A stretch of DNA of 26,023 nucleotides from Fibrobacteria bacterium. GTDB lineage: Bacteria; Fibrobacterota; Fibrobacteria; UBA11236. Below the pieces are notes generated by a model that was not told the origin of the DNA, did not search any database, and saw only the letters and a program-made list of their open reading frames with translations. Below, one piece after another: positions 8,465 to 16,375 of this stretch. The stretch lies in contig JAYTHY010000095.1 in NCBI GenBank assembly GCA_043732185.1, forward strand, positions 1-26,023. Direction: 5' to 3'. The translations under genes and the position numbers were made by a program. Positions within the stretch are counted from its first letter, which is position 1; every line of letters begins with the position of its first letter.

Positions 8465-8538
8465 TGGGATGTCGTCCAATGGCAGGACGCCAGATTCTGA
8501 TTCTGGCTATCGAGGTTCGAATCCTTGCATCCCAACCA
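8465..8538 (+). tRNA. tRNA-Gln (anticodon CTG)
   Basis: Acceptor stem TGGGATG/CATCCCA (U1-A72), anticodon arm CCAGA-TTCTGAT-TCTGG, GGTTCGAATCC, encoded CCA. 74 nt. Confidence 0.97.
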
Positions 8539-8555
8539 CGTAATAATTGATTCTT

Positions 8556-8584
8556 GGCCTTTCCTGATGGGAAGGCCTTTTTTT
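8556..8584 (+). terminator. Rho-independent terminator after tRNA-Gln
   Basis: GGCCTTTCC-TGAT-GGGAAGGCC followed by TTTTTTT. Confidence 0.85.
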
Positions 8585-8620
8585 ATCCATTCTACTCCTA
8601 GGTTTCCAGGTGGTATCATA

Positions 8621-10150
8621 ATGCCGATGGATACCATGGCTACTGCATTATGGGATCTCTTTGAAAACCAAAGAGTTAAGGGTTTGGTCGGCGCCATGCG
8701 GCAAACTCTTTCCAAACTTGAGAAAGCGGGCCAGGCCGATGCGCAGTGGTCCAATGCCATGGGCGAAATGGCCTTACTGGATAAAGACTTTATGGGCGCG
8801 GCAAATTTTTTCCGTCAGGCCATAAACGAAAAAAGCCTCCCGAAATATGAGTTGAATCTGGGCAACGCCCTCTTTTATTCCGGTGAGTTTCAAGGCGCAA
8901 AAAAAATTCTGCTGCTATACCACGAAAATCATCCAGACGATGTAAACGGGCTGGTGAATCTTGCCAATTGCCACCTTCAACTCAAAGAGTTATCCAAGGT
9001 TAAAGATCTGTGCAGTCTTGCACTTGAAGGCAAAATAACTAAGGCACCTTTATGGAATTGCTTGGGCCAAGTCGCCTTTTTGGAAGGTGATATTAAGCGA
9101 GCCTGGGAATATTTTAATCAAGCCTATGTCGAATCACCCGAGTATATCGATGCACTTTTTAATCGCGCCAATATGGCGTATCGCCTAGCCAAAAGCGAGG
9201 AGGCTCTGGCCGATTATGCCATGTGCCTTCGCAAGGACGAAAACTACACTGCTGCCTTGCTCAATAGTGCTGTTTTACGATTTGAGAAAGGGGAGTGGGA
9301 GGCGGGAAAAGAATGCGCCAATCGGGCCTTAAAGCTGGACCCGGACTCACTGGAAGGATTACATATTTTAGGTCGTTTACAGATGGGCGGCAAGGATTAC
9401 CGCAGTGCCCGTGACGCCTTTCAAAAAATCCTACTACGCCATCCCGAGCACACGCGAACCTTGCTTGCCTTAGCCAAGCTACATTTTCAAGAAGCGGAAC
9501 AAAGCCTGGCCTTATCCCTAATTTTACGAGTCTTGTCACAAAAGGTTTTACCACCCGAGGAACGCGGCGCAGCATTGACTCTACTACTGGATCTGGGCGA
9601 GCATTTAAGCTGCATTCAGCACATTAATAAATTGCCGGAAGCCCATATTTCACCAGAGCTTAGGAAAATATTAATTGTCAGCCTTTGGAAAACTGACCAG
9701 ATAAAAGTGGCCATTCAACATTTGGAAGGTTTGTTGAAAAAAGAAGGGGAAACCGCGGGAACACTGACCTTATTGGGCCGGATGCTAGCCGAAAGCGGGG
9801 GAGATGCGTTGGCCGAAGCCCGGTATCGTAAGGCCTTGAAATTGGATCCAGGGGCCCGTGGTGCCGCCAGCGAGCTGGCGCGTATGCACCTTTCCCGCGG
9901 GGAAGGGCAGAAGGCTGTTGCTCTCTTAGAAGGCCTCCTGTCGCAATATCCAGAGGATCCAGACTGTTATTACAACCTGGCTTGCTGTCATGCTAAAAAC
10001 CGAAATTTTGATGATAGCCTCCATAATCTCAAAATGGCGCTGGAAAATGGCTTTCAAGATCTCGATAAGATTAGCGCTGACGACGACCTCTCGTATATAC
10101 GACAATTTGAGGAGTACACTCAGTTGGCCGGACAGTCCGGGCTGAACTGA
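8621..10150 (+). CDS. Tetratricopeptide repeat protein with a C-terminal YNLAC-type capping repeat
   Basis: Many TPR-like units (NLGNALF, NCLGQVAF, FNRANMAY, ILGRL, LLGRML) and a C-terminal YYNLACCHA...LKMALENGFQDLDKISADDDLSYIR. The ORF-track start at 8525 lies inside the tRNA; ATG 8621 follows AGGTGG. Confidence 0.88.
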   Translation: MPMDTMATALWDLFENQRVKGLVGAMRQTLSKLEKAGQADAQWSNAMGEMALLDKDFMGAANFFRQAINEKSLPKYELNLGNALFYSGEFQGAKKILLLYHENHPDDVNGLVNLANCHLQLKELSKVKDLCSLALEGKITKAPLWNCLGQVAFLEGDIKRAWEYFNQAYVESPEYIDALFNRANMAYRLAKSEEALADYAMCLRKDENYTAALLNSAVLRFEKGEWEAGKECANRALKLDPDSLEGLHILGRLQMGGKDYRSARDAFQKILLRHPEHTRTLLALAKLHFQEAEQSLALSLILRVLSQKVLPPEERGAALTLLLDLGEHLSCIQHINKLPEAHISPELRKILIVSLWKTDQIKVAIQHLEGLLKKEGETAGTLTLLGRMLAESGGDALAEARYRKALKLDPGARGAASELARMHLSRGEGQKAVALLEGLLSQYPEDPDCYYNLACCHAKNRNFDDSLHNLKMALENGFQDLDKISADDDLSYIRQFEEYTQLAGQSGLN

Positions 10151-10163
10151 GTCGGAGGCGCAT

Positions 10164-11540
10164 ATGAAGACGGTTCAAGATTGGGGATTCATTTCCAAAG
10201 AACAGGGCTTAGTAAAGCCAAAGCTGCAAGACAACAAGATATTTCATGCATTAACAACTGCTTACGAGAATAACAACCAGCAGGAGATCTACGGCGCGAC
10301 AGAAAATATTGTTCGCCGCGAGCGGGAACTGTGCGAGATGGCTTTGGCTGATCTCAAGAAATTGTCGAGTGGAAAAGGTGATCAGGATGGAACCCTGAAA
10401 TTGGTTATGGGCCATTACCAGAGCCGCTTGGAACTGGCCCGTGAAAAAGAGGAGAAGATCGGGCACCTCTCCGAAGATTCGCGCAAGATGACGGAAGAAT
10501 ACAAAAAGAGAACACAGGAACTTGCCGAAGTAAAGCGCAACCTAATGGACTCACAGACCAAACTACGCGACCTAGCCAAAAACACCGAGCGCCTTTTGAA
10601 AAAGGAAGAAGAGTTACGATTCATTGAAAGCAACCTTCGATCAGAACTTGAAAACAACAAAAAGAATATCATGAATGGACTATATGAAATTGTGACCGAT
10701 TTTTCGGATCAGATTCAAGAACCCGCGGAGTCTGTTGAATCCGAATCCGCTCCAGCCATTGATGTTAAGGTGAAGGTTGATGTCGAGCCTATCACAATGC
10801 CACGTCCAGCAGCTCAGAATGACAGCTTAAACATTCCCAAGGCAGACCTTCCCTTTTACCCGACTTCCATCAAGGGAGCTGAAACGATAATGGAAACAGC
10901 CCCTAAGCCAACACCAGAGGCCACGGGTCCGAGCAAACCCAGGCTCTTTACAGAAGGCCTTTTCAAGCGAAATGATTTGAGCCAAGAAGTGCAATTTTCA
11001 GGCCCCATTTCACCGCCTAGTCAAAACCCCTTAACGGGCAAGGAAGCCGCACTGGTGGAAAAAGCCGGCCGCCTGCGCATGTTTGAACCTGGGAAATCCA
11101 TGGTGAGCAAATCCATGGTTAAAACAGGGGATGGGGAAGTCATTTCCGAATATTTCTATTCGCCCCTGCATCCCCGTGAAGGCCGTCATTACATTTTCAA
11201 TTCCCTGTATGCCGTATCAAGCCTGCTTGGGCTTAAAGGCAAGAATCTTGAAACTTTCCACGAACGTATCGAAACGGTATTAACCGACCTTTTAAGCCGA
11301 CTTGAGCACAGCCAGAACATCCACTTGGAGTCCTTTTTAAGCGAAGAAATAAATATGAGCGTCCTGGCAAAAATACTGGCTGCACCCAAGCCAGAACGAC
11401 CGGATCTATTTGATTCCTTGGCCACTCGTCTGCTTAACAGAATTGAATCCGTAGGCCCTGGACGAGCAGGCCTCATCGACCATCAGTTTAGGCAAATGCC
11501 TAAACCTAATTTTCCTCCTCGCGCAGGTTTAACCGCCTAA
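10164..11540 (+). CDS. Hypothetical protein: N-terminal coiled coil, Pro-rich linker, C-terminal globular domain
   Basis: 458-aa ORF with GGAGG RBS, 13 nt after the TPR gene. E/K/L/R heptad-rich over about residues 45-180, low-complexity middle, hydrophobic-patterned C-terminus. Confidence 0.85.
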   Translation: MKTVQDWGFISKEQGLVKPKLQDNKIFHALTTAYENNNQQEIYGATENIVRRERELCEMALADLKKLSSGKGDQDGTLKLVMGHYQSRLELAREKEEKIGHLSEDSRKMTEEYKKRTQELAEVKRNLMDSQTKLRDLAKNTERLLKKEEELRFIESNLRSELENNKKNIMNGLYEIVTDFSDQIQEPAESVESESAPAIDVKVKVDVEPITMPRPAAQNDSLNIPKADLPFYPTSIKGAETIMETAPKPTPEATGPSKPRLFTEGLFKRNDLSQEVQFSGPISPPSQNPLTGKEAALVEKAGRLRMFEPGKSMVSKSMVKTGDGEVISEYFYSPLHPREGRHYIFNSLYAVSSLLGLKGKNLETFHERIETVLTDLLSRLEHSQNIHLESFLSEEINMSVLAKILAAPKPERPDLFDSLATRLLNRIESVGPGRAGLIDHQFRQMPKPNFPPRAGLTA

Positions 11541-11590
11541 TCTGCTGTTCCGGTTCTCGACTTGTGGTTTTTATGGTTTACCGTGAAACA

Positions 11591-11684
11591 TAAGTCATTG
11601 ATTTTTAAGAGAATAGAACACATTTAATAGCGTTCGATTCAGCTAAAATTCATTTTTCAACATTTTAATATTAACTTGTTGATA
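11591..11684 (-). promoter_or_regulatory. Two IHF-consensus sites (11591-11603 and 11672-11684)
   Basis: Minus strand AATCAATGACTTA and TATCAACAAGTTA both match WATCAANNNNTTR exactly. Confidence 0.45.
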
Positions 11685-11694
11685 AGCCGATAAT

Positions 11695-11722
11695 AGTTCG
11701 CATAAGATATATTATGTAAACT
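11695..11722 (+). other. dif: dif-like XerC/XerD recombination site
   Basis: AGTTCGCATAA-GATATA-TTATGTAAACT has 11-6-11 architecture and 22/28 identity to E. coli dif (GGTGCGCATAATGTATATTATGTTAAAT). The arms are a 9/11 inverted repeat. Located in an AT-rich intergenic region. Confidence 0.88.
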
Positions 11723-11868
11723 TAAAAGTGGGATTCTGTATTTGTCGCAAATTCCTGGTTACCAACTGAAACTCCTAAACGTCTAGATATTGCCGTTTTA
11801 GGAGAAAATAAATCTGAAATCGGGTGAGCTTTGAAGTTACTCTTTAGGTACCGCTTGTGGAGTTTGGT

Positions 11869-12069
11869 ATGACCAATAGTGATTCGCTGGACCGTAGTTA
11901 CAAAGCTGGAAGCTGGGATTTGCGCAAAGAAGAACGCCGCCTCCGCCAAAATGAAATTTCATTTCCCGACCGGCGCAAAGACGAACGCCGCCTGACTATG
12001 CTGCAGGACCATTACGATATGCGCGTAGGAACGGTGAATTGGGTGGATAAACCCGGCCTGGATGAGTAG
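11869..12069 (+). CDS. Small Arg-rich repeat protein (66 aa)
   Basis: GGAG at 11859-11862 then ATG 11869. Contains DLRKEERR and DRRKDERR. The stop overlaps the start of the next gene by 8 nt. Confidence 0.65.
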   Translation: MTNSDSLDRSYKAGSWDLRKEERRLRQNEISFPDRRKDERRLTMLQDHYDMRVGTVNWVDKPGLDE

Positions 12070-13609
12070 CTTTCCAGCCACTATTTTTCCCTACGCCGAA
12101 ACCCACTATAAGTTCAAGTTGCCCTGGTCGCCGCTGTTCAAGCGATGGCCGGAAATTTTTCTGGATGGTCCCAGTTTTTGCGTACCTGGGGTAAAACCCA
12201 TTTTCTACCTGGTGATAAAGGATGCGGACTTTTTCCCCGTCACCGTTCGATCGCTGGAAATTAATCTGCAAAGCGTCGAAGGACAATCCCGGCAACAAAC
12301 CATCCCATTCGAAAACCACGTGGATGCCAATTTGGTATTTCTGCCCTTAGCCATAGATTTTACAGGCTTAAGCGGCGCAGTCACATTAAACGCCAAGATT
12401 ACGGTCGAAGACGAGCGCGGTAGACGCCATATATTTCTTAACGATGCCTTTCCGGGACTCGCACCTTTCCCCCTTCGCATTCACTTGCTGGCCGAAGGTC
12501 TACCCTATCCACCAGACTGGCATGCGGGAGAATTGCATTGTCATTCCGATTACTCCAATGATCCCGTGGAGTTTGGCGCTAGCCTAAAGGTTTTACAGGA
12601 GGCGGGACAAAGCCTTGGGCTCGGGTATGTGGTCTGTACGGACCATTCCTATGACTTCTACTATAACAGAAAAAGGTATATGGAGCGCGTTGATCCAGAT
12701 GCCAATTTTCAGGCTTATAGAAAAGAAGCTATGGATTTAAATGCCGGGGCAGGCGCGAACATTCCCATACTCATTCCCGGCGAGGAAGTGTCCTGTGGAA
12801 ACACTCGCGGAGAAAATGTGCATCTCTTGGTGGCCGGTTATTCGGAATTTCTCCCAGGACTTGGTGATGGCGGTAGACGGTGGTTGAATAATAAACCAGA
12901 CCTTAAAATTGGTGAAGTATTGGAAAAGCTGGGCGATACCCCCTGTTTTGCAGCCCATCCCCGGGTAAAAGTTGGGAAGCTGGAACGGTTCATCTTTAGA
13001 CGAGGAATGTGGGACAGCGCCGACCTCTACCCTAGCGGGTCTTCGCGAGGTGTGAATGGTTTGCAATTCTGGAACGGAACGCGTAATGGCGACTATAGGG
13101 ATGGCAAGCAATTTTGGGTGCAACAGCTTCTCGCCGGCAATCGCCTATCCCCTATCGGTGCCAATGATGCCCATGGGGATTTAAACCGCAGTATTGGGGT
13201 CAAAACGCCGCTCGTGTCCCTGTATCAAAACCGCAACCACCTCTTTGGCCATGTGCGCACGGTAGTCAAATCTAAAGACAAATCCATTTTAGGAATTCAG
13301 GCCGCATTGCGGTCTCGCGACCTCTTCTGCACGGACGGTCCCTATTTGCATTTGGAATTGGATCAGAGTAAGGTGAAAATTCACGCCCGCTCCAATGTGG
13401 ATTATGGGGATTTAAATAAGGTAACACTGCTTGCTGGGCGTAGAGGCGAAAGTCAAGAAACCGTCCTTAAGGAATGGATATTCGAAAAATCAGGACCTAT
13501 GGAATCGGTCGAAACCCTAGAGTACCCGATTGGCGCAACATATGTGCGCGCGGAGGTGCTGACTCGAGGCAAACGTTTTGCGCTGTCCTCTCCCCTATAT
13601 CGGGATTAG
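12062..13609 (+). CDS. PHP-family (CehA/McbA-like) metallohydrolase with extra N- and C-terminal beta-rich domains
   Basis: PHP metal-binding motifs LHCHSDYS, CTDH, GEEVS, VHLL, AAHP, GANDAH. Confidence 0.85.
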   Translation: MSSFPATIFPYAETHYKFKLPWSPLFKRWPEIFLDGPSFCVPGVKPIFYLVIKDADFFPVTVRSLEINLQSVEGQSRQQTIPFENHVDANLVFLPLAIDFTGLSGAVTLNAKITVEDERGRRHIFLNDAFPGLAPFPLRIHLLAEGLPYPPDWHAGELHCHSDYSNDPVEFGASLKVLQEAGQSLGLGYVVCTDHSYDFYYNRKRYMERVDPDANFQAYRKEAMDLNAGAGANIPILIPGEEVSCGNTRGENVHLLVAGYSEFLPGLGDGGRRWLNNKPDLKIGEVLEKLGDTPCFAAHPRVKVGKLERFIFRRGMWDSADLYPSGSSRGVNGLQFWNGTRNGDYRDGKQFWVQQLLAGNRLSPIGANDAHGDLNRSIGVKTPLVSLYQNRNHLFGHVRTVVKSKDKSILGIQAALRSRDLFCTDGPYLHLELDQSKVKIHARSNVDYGDLNKVTLLAGRRGESQETVLKEWIFEKSGPMESVETLEYPIGATYVRAEVLTRGKRFALSSPLYRD

Positions 13610-13653
13610 GAATTTGGTTTTCAAACCCAATTTGTCGTGCAACCAGTCCAGAG

Positions 13654-14130
13654 TTAATACTGCAATCCCGATTTCCTGACATGATTTAAAGGCTTGTCCT
13701 CCAAATGTATTTCCTGGCCGGCCATCACTTCCGCGAAGAGTATTTCATGATCTCCGGGGGTTGTCGTGGATCGCACTTCACATTCTAGAGCGGCCATGGC
13801 ACTTCGCAAAACAATGTTGCCAGCGGGTGTGACAAGGTAGTCCAGTCCGTCGAACGGATCTTTTTCTGCGCTGGGACTCCAGAAAGGTTTCATCACCCCT
13901 TCGTTTTTGTGTCCGATAATATTGATGCAAAAGCGGCCGTGGGTTTTTATCAAGTCATAGCAGGGTCGCCCTGGTTTCATGGCCAGGCTTACCATTAACG
14001 GGGAGAAAGACACTTGCTGAATCCAGGATGCCAAATAGCCACCCCTATTGCCATCATGCGCGGCCGTTACAATAAAAAGACCTGAACTGATTTTGCCCAT
14101 AGCCCGGTAGATTTCTGGAACTTCACTCAT
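13654..14130 (-). CDS. Flavin reductase-like FMN-binding protein
   Basis: AMGKISSGLFIVT, ASWIQQVSFSP, ALECEV, GDHEILFAEV, HVRKSG. Start is 14130 (MSEVPE) or 14178. Confidence 0.92.
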   Translation of the reverse strand: MSEVPEIYRAMGKISSGLFIVTAAHDGNRGGYLASWIQQVSFSPLMVSLAMKPGRPCYDLIKTHGRFCINIIGHKNEGVMKPFWSPSAEKDPFDGLDYLVTPAGNIVLRSAMAALECEVRSTTTPGDHEILFAEVMAGQEIHLEDKPLNHVRKSGLQY

Positions 14131-14342
14131 TTTATTTCTTGCCTCACTCAGTCTTTGATTACGATTGGAAATATTCACCTTTAATCCACTTTCGCCAAGT
14201 TTTCAAAATTCCGGGAATAGGTCTTACTCCAATTTGGACTGAAAAGGTTAATTTTCGGCTCTGGCACCTCTGCCGACCTATCCCAAAAGAGGGAATTTTT
14301 ATTAATTTAAGCCTTCGCATGGCATTTAATTAACGGAGAAGC

Positions 14343-15344
14343 ATGGCTACAGTTAAAAAAGAAAAGCCGCCCTTACCAAAGGCAAAAGTGCTCGAATTTC
14401 TCGAAAAAATGCTGGTCATCCGCCATTTTGAAGAAGCCAGCATCAAAGCCAACCAACAGAAAAAAATAGCGGGATTCCTGCACACCTATATTGGACAAGA
14501 GGCCGTTGGAGTTGGGACACTTGCCCACAAACTTCCACAAGATTCCGTAGTGACGTCCTATCGGTGCCATGGATTGGCTCTCGCACTTGGGCTCGACCCG
14601 AAGTCCGGTATGGCAGAACTTTTCGGCAAGGTCACCGGATGCGCGCGTGGCAAGGGTGGCTCTATGCACTTCTTTTCCAAGGAACATAATTTCCTCGGCG
14701 GTCATGGAATTGTCGGGGGTCAGTTTGGCATTGGCATCGGTGCGGCTTTTAAATCCAACTACAATGATGAAAATGCCGTCAGTTTCATTTTTTTCGGTGA
14801 TGGCGCAACCGCGCAGGGCACAATGCATGAAACCATGAATTTGGCAGGCTTATGGGAGCTTCCTGCTATTTTCATTTGTGAAGACAATCAATATGGCATG
14901 GGCACAGCCAACTCGCGTGCCTTGGCGAATACAGATCTCACAGCCCGCGCCGAAGGGTATGGCATTAAGGGTCACACTCTCAACGGGATGGATTTCGATG
15001 AAATTCATTCCAACATGGGTGAAATCGTTGCTGAAGTACGGGCGACCCGTCGACCAGCATTAGTGCATATGAAAACCTATCGGTTTTTCGGCCATTCCGT
15101 TTCTGATGCCGGCCATTACCGCACCAAGGATGAAGTGGACTCCTATAAACAGCGCGATCCGATTCTTTGCGTCAGTCGAAATTTGATAGACAGTAAGCAG
15201 ATGACGGAAGAGGAATTTAAGTTGCTGACAAAAAAGGTAAAGAATTTGATAGATGAGGCTGTGGAGTTCGCGGACGTGAGCCCAGAACCGGGCCTAGAAG
15301 AATTGACCCGACATGTCTTTATGGATAATGTGGAGAGTATGTAA
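14343..15344 (+). CDS. pdhA: Pyruvate dehydrogenase E1 alpha subunit
   Basis: GFLHTYIGQEA, YRCHG, GKGGSMH, TPP motif GDGA...N, TYRFFGHSVSD. GGAG RBS. Confidence 0.96.
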   Translation: MATVKKEKPPLPKAKVLEFLEKMLVIRHFEEASIKANQQKKIAGFLHTYIGQEAVGVGTLAHKLPQDSVVTSYRCHGLALALGLDPKSGMAELFGKVTGCARGKGGSMHFFSKEHNFLGGHGIVGGQFGIGIGAAFKSNYNDENAVSFIFFGDGATAQGTMHETMNLAGLWELPAIFICEDNQYGMGTANSRALANTDLTARAEGYGIKGHTLNGMDFDEIHSNMGEIVAEVRATRRPALVHMKTYRFFGHSVSDAGHYRTKDEVDSYKQRDPILCVSRNLIDSKQMTEEEFKLLTKKVKNLIDEAVEFADVSPEPGLEELTRHVFMDNVESM

Positions 15345-16330
15345 TGGCGATTCTGGAAATGAGAGAGGCTTTAAATCTAGCCTTGAAGGAAGAAATGACT
15401 CGGGATGAAAAAGTGTTCATCCTTGGCGAAGAGGTGGCGGAGTACAACGGCGCCTATAAAGTGACCAAAGGGCTTTTCGATCATTTTGGACCCAAGCGCG
15501 TTATCGACACACCCATCTCGGAAGCCGGATTTACAGGATTGGCAGTAGGTGCCGCCATGTTGGGATTGCGTCCAGTAGTCGAATTCATGAGCTTTAATTT
15601 TTCCTTGGTCGCCATGGATCAAATTATTTCCAATGCTGCCAAGATGTATTACATGTCGGGTGGATTGTTCAATGTGCCGATGGTGATGCGCGGTCCCAAT
15701 GGCGCCGGTCCCAGAGTTTCCTCCCAGCATTCCCACAATATGGAATCGGTGTTTGCCCAATTTCCTGGATTGTACGTCATGAGCCCATCGTGCCCATCGG
15801 ATGCAAAGGCCATGCTCAAATCCGCTATTCGCTGCAATGACCCGGTGGTTTTTCTCGAGAATGAATTGTCCTATAGCTTCAAGGAAGAGGTTCCGGAAGG
15901 CGAGATTTTGATTCCAATCGGGAAGGGCGATATTAAGCGCAAAGGTTCGGATGTCACTATTATCGCATGGTCCCGGATGATGAGCCTCGCCAAAATTGCT
16001 GCGGAAGAACTCGCTAAGGAAGGCATTGATGTCGAACTGCTCGACCCGCGCACGTTAAAACCATTGGACATGCCACTCATCGCCGAGTCTGTCCAAAAAA
16101 CGAATCGCGTTGTGGTGGTGGAAGAAGGTCATCATTTCTGCGGACTGGGATCCCAGGTTGCGGAAACCATCTATTCGCAACTCTATGATTATTTGGATTC
16201 ACCGATTATTCGCGTGCATCAAAGTGAAAACCCCATGCCTTATGCCGCCAATCTTGAAGCGGCAACATTGCCATCGGTTGCCAAAATTATTCAAGCCGTT
16301 CGTCAGGCTATGTACCAAGTGAACCATTAA
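15344..16330 (+). CDS. pdhB: Pyruvate dehydrogenase E1 beta subunit
   Basis: GEEVAEYNGAYKVTKGL, DTPISE, RPVVEFM, SSQHS. TAATG overlap with pdhA. Confidence 0.97.
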   Translation: MAILEMREALNLALKEEMTRDEKVFILGEEVAEYNGAYKVTKGLFDHFGPKRVIDTPISEAGFTGLAVGAAMLGLRPVVEFMSFNFSLVAMDQIISNAAKMYYMSGGLFNVPMVMRGPNGAGPRVSSQHSHNMESVFAQFPGLYVMSPSCPSDAKAMLKSAIRCNDPVVFLENELSYSFKEEVPEGEILIPIGKGDIKRKGSDVTIIAWSRMMSLAKIAAEELAKEGIDVELLDPRTLKPLDMPLIAESVQKTNRVVVVEEGHHFCGLGSQVAETIYSQLYDYLDSPIIRVHQSENPMPYAANLEAATLPSVAKIIQAVRQAMYQVNH

Positions 16331-16375
16331 TTTACGGCCCAGCTTGGGCCTACACACGCTTTAAGGAGTGAAGCA

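Noticed and set aside
8359..8760. 133-aa minus-strand ORF
   Set aside because: It is the antisense reading of tRNA-Gln and the start of the TPR gene.
8465..11722. Possible genomic island between tRNA-Gln and dif
   Set aside because: No integrase, no duplicated tRNA 3' end or second dif half-site seen, and no obvious compositional shift in the two genes.
11541..11860. AT-rich gap as a possible oriC (IHF sites, dnaB nearby)
   Set aside because: Only one imperfect DnaA-box-like match was seen (TGTTGATAA), with no box cluster and no dnaA/dnaN. The dif-like site explains the region better.
11922..11993. 21-nt direct repeat with a 30-nt spacer as a mini-CRISPR
   Set aside because: Only two copies, in frame within an ORF and differing at a codon third position, with no cas genes. 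It is a coding repeat.
9900..15927. KOPS-like GGGAAGGG at 9900-9907 and 15920-15927
   Set aside because: Same orientation on both sides of dif, both in coding sequence, and too few to be informative. My scan by eye was not exhaustive.
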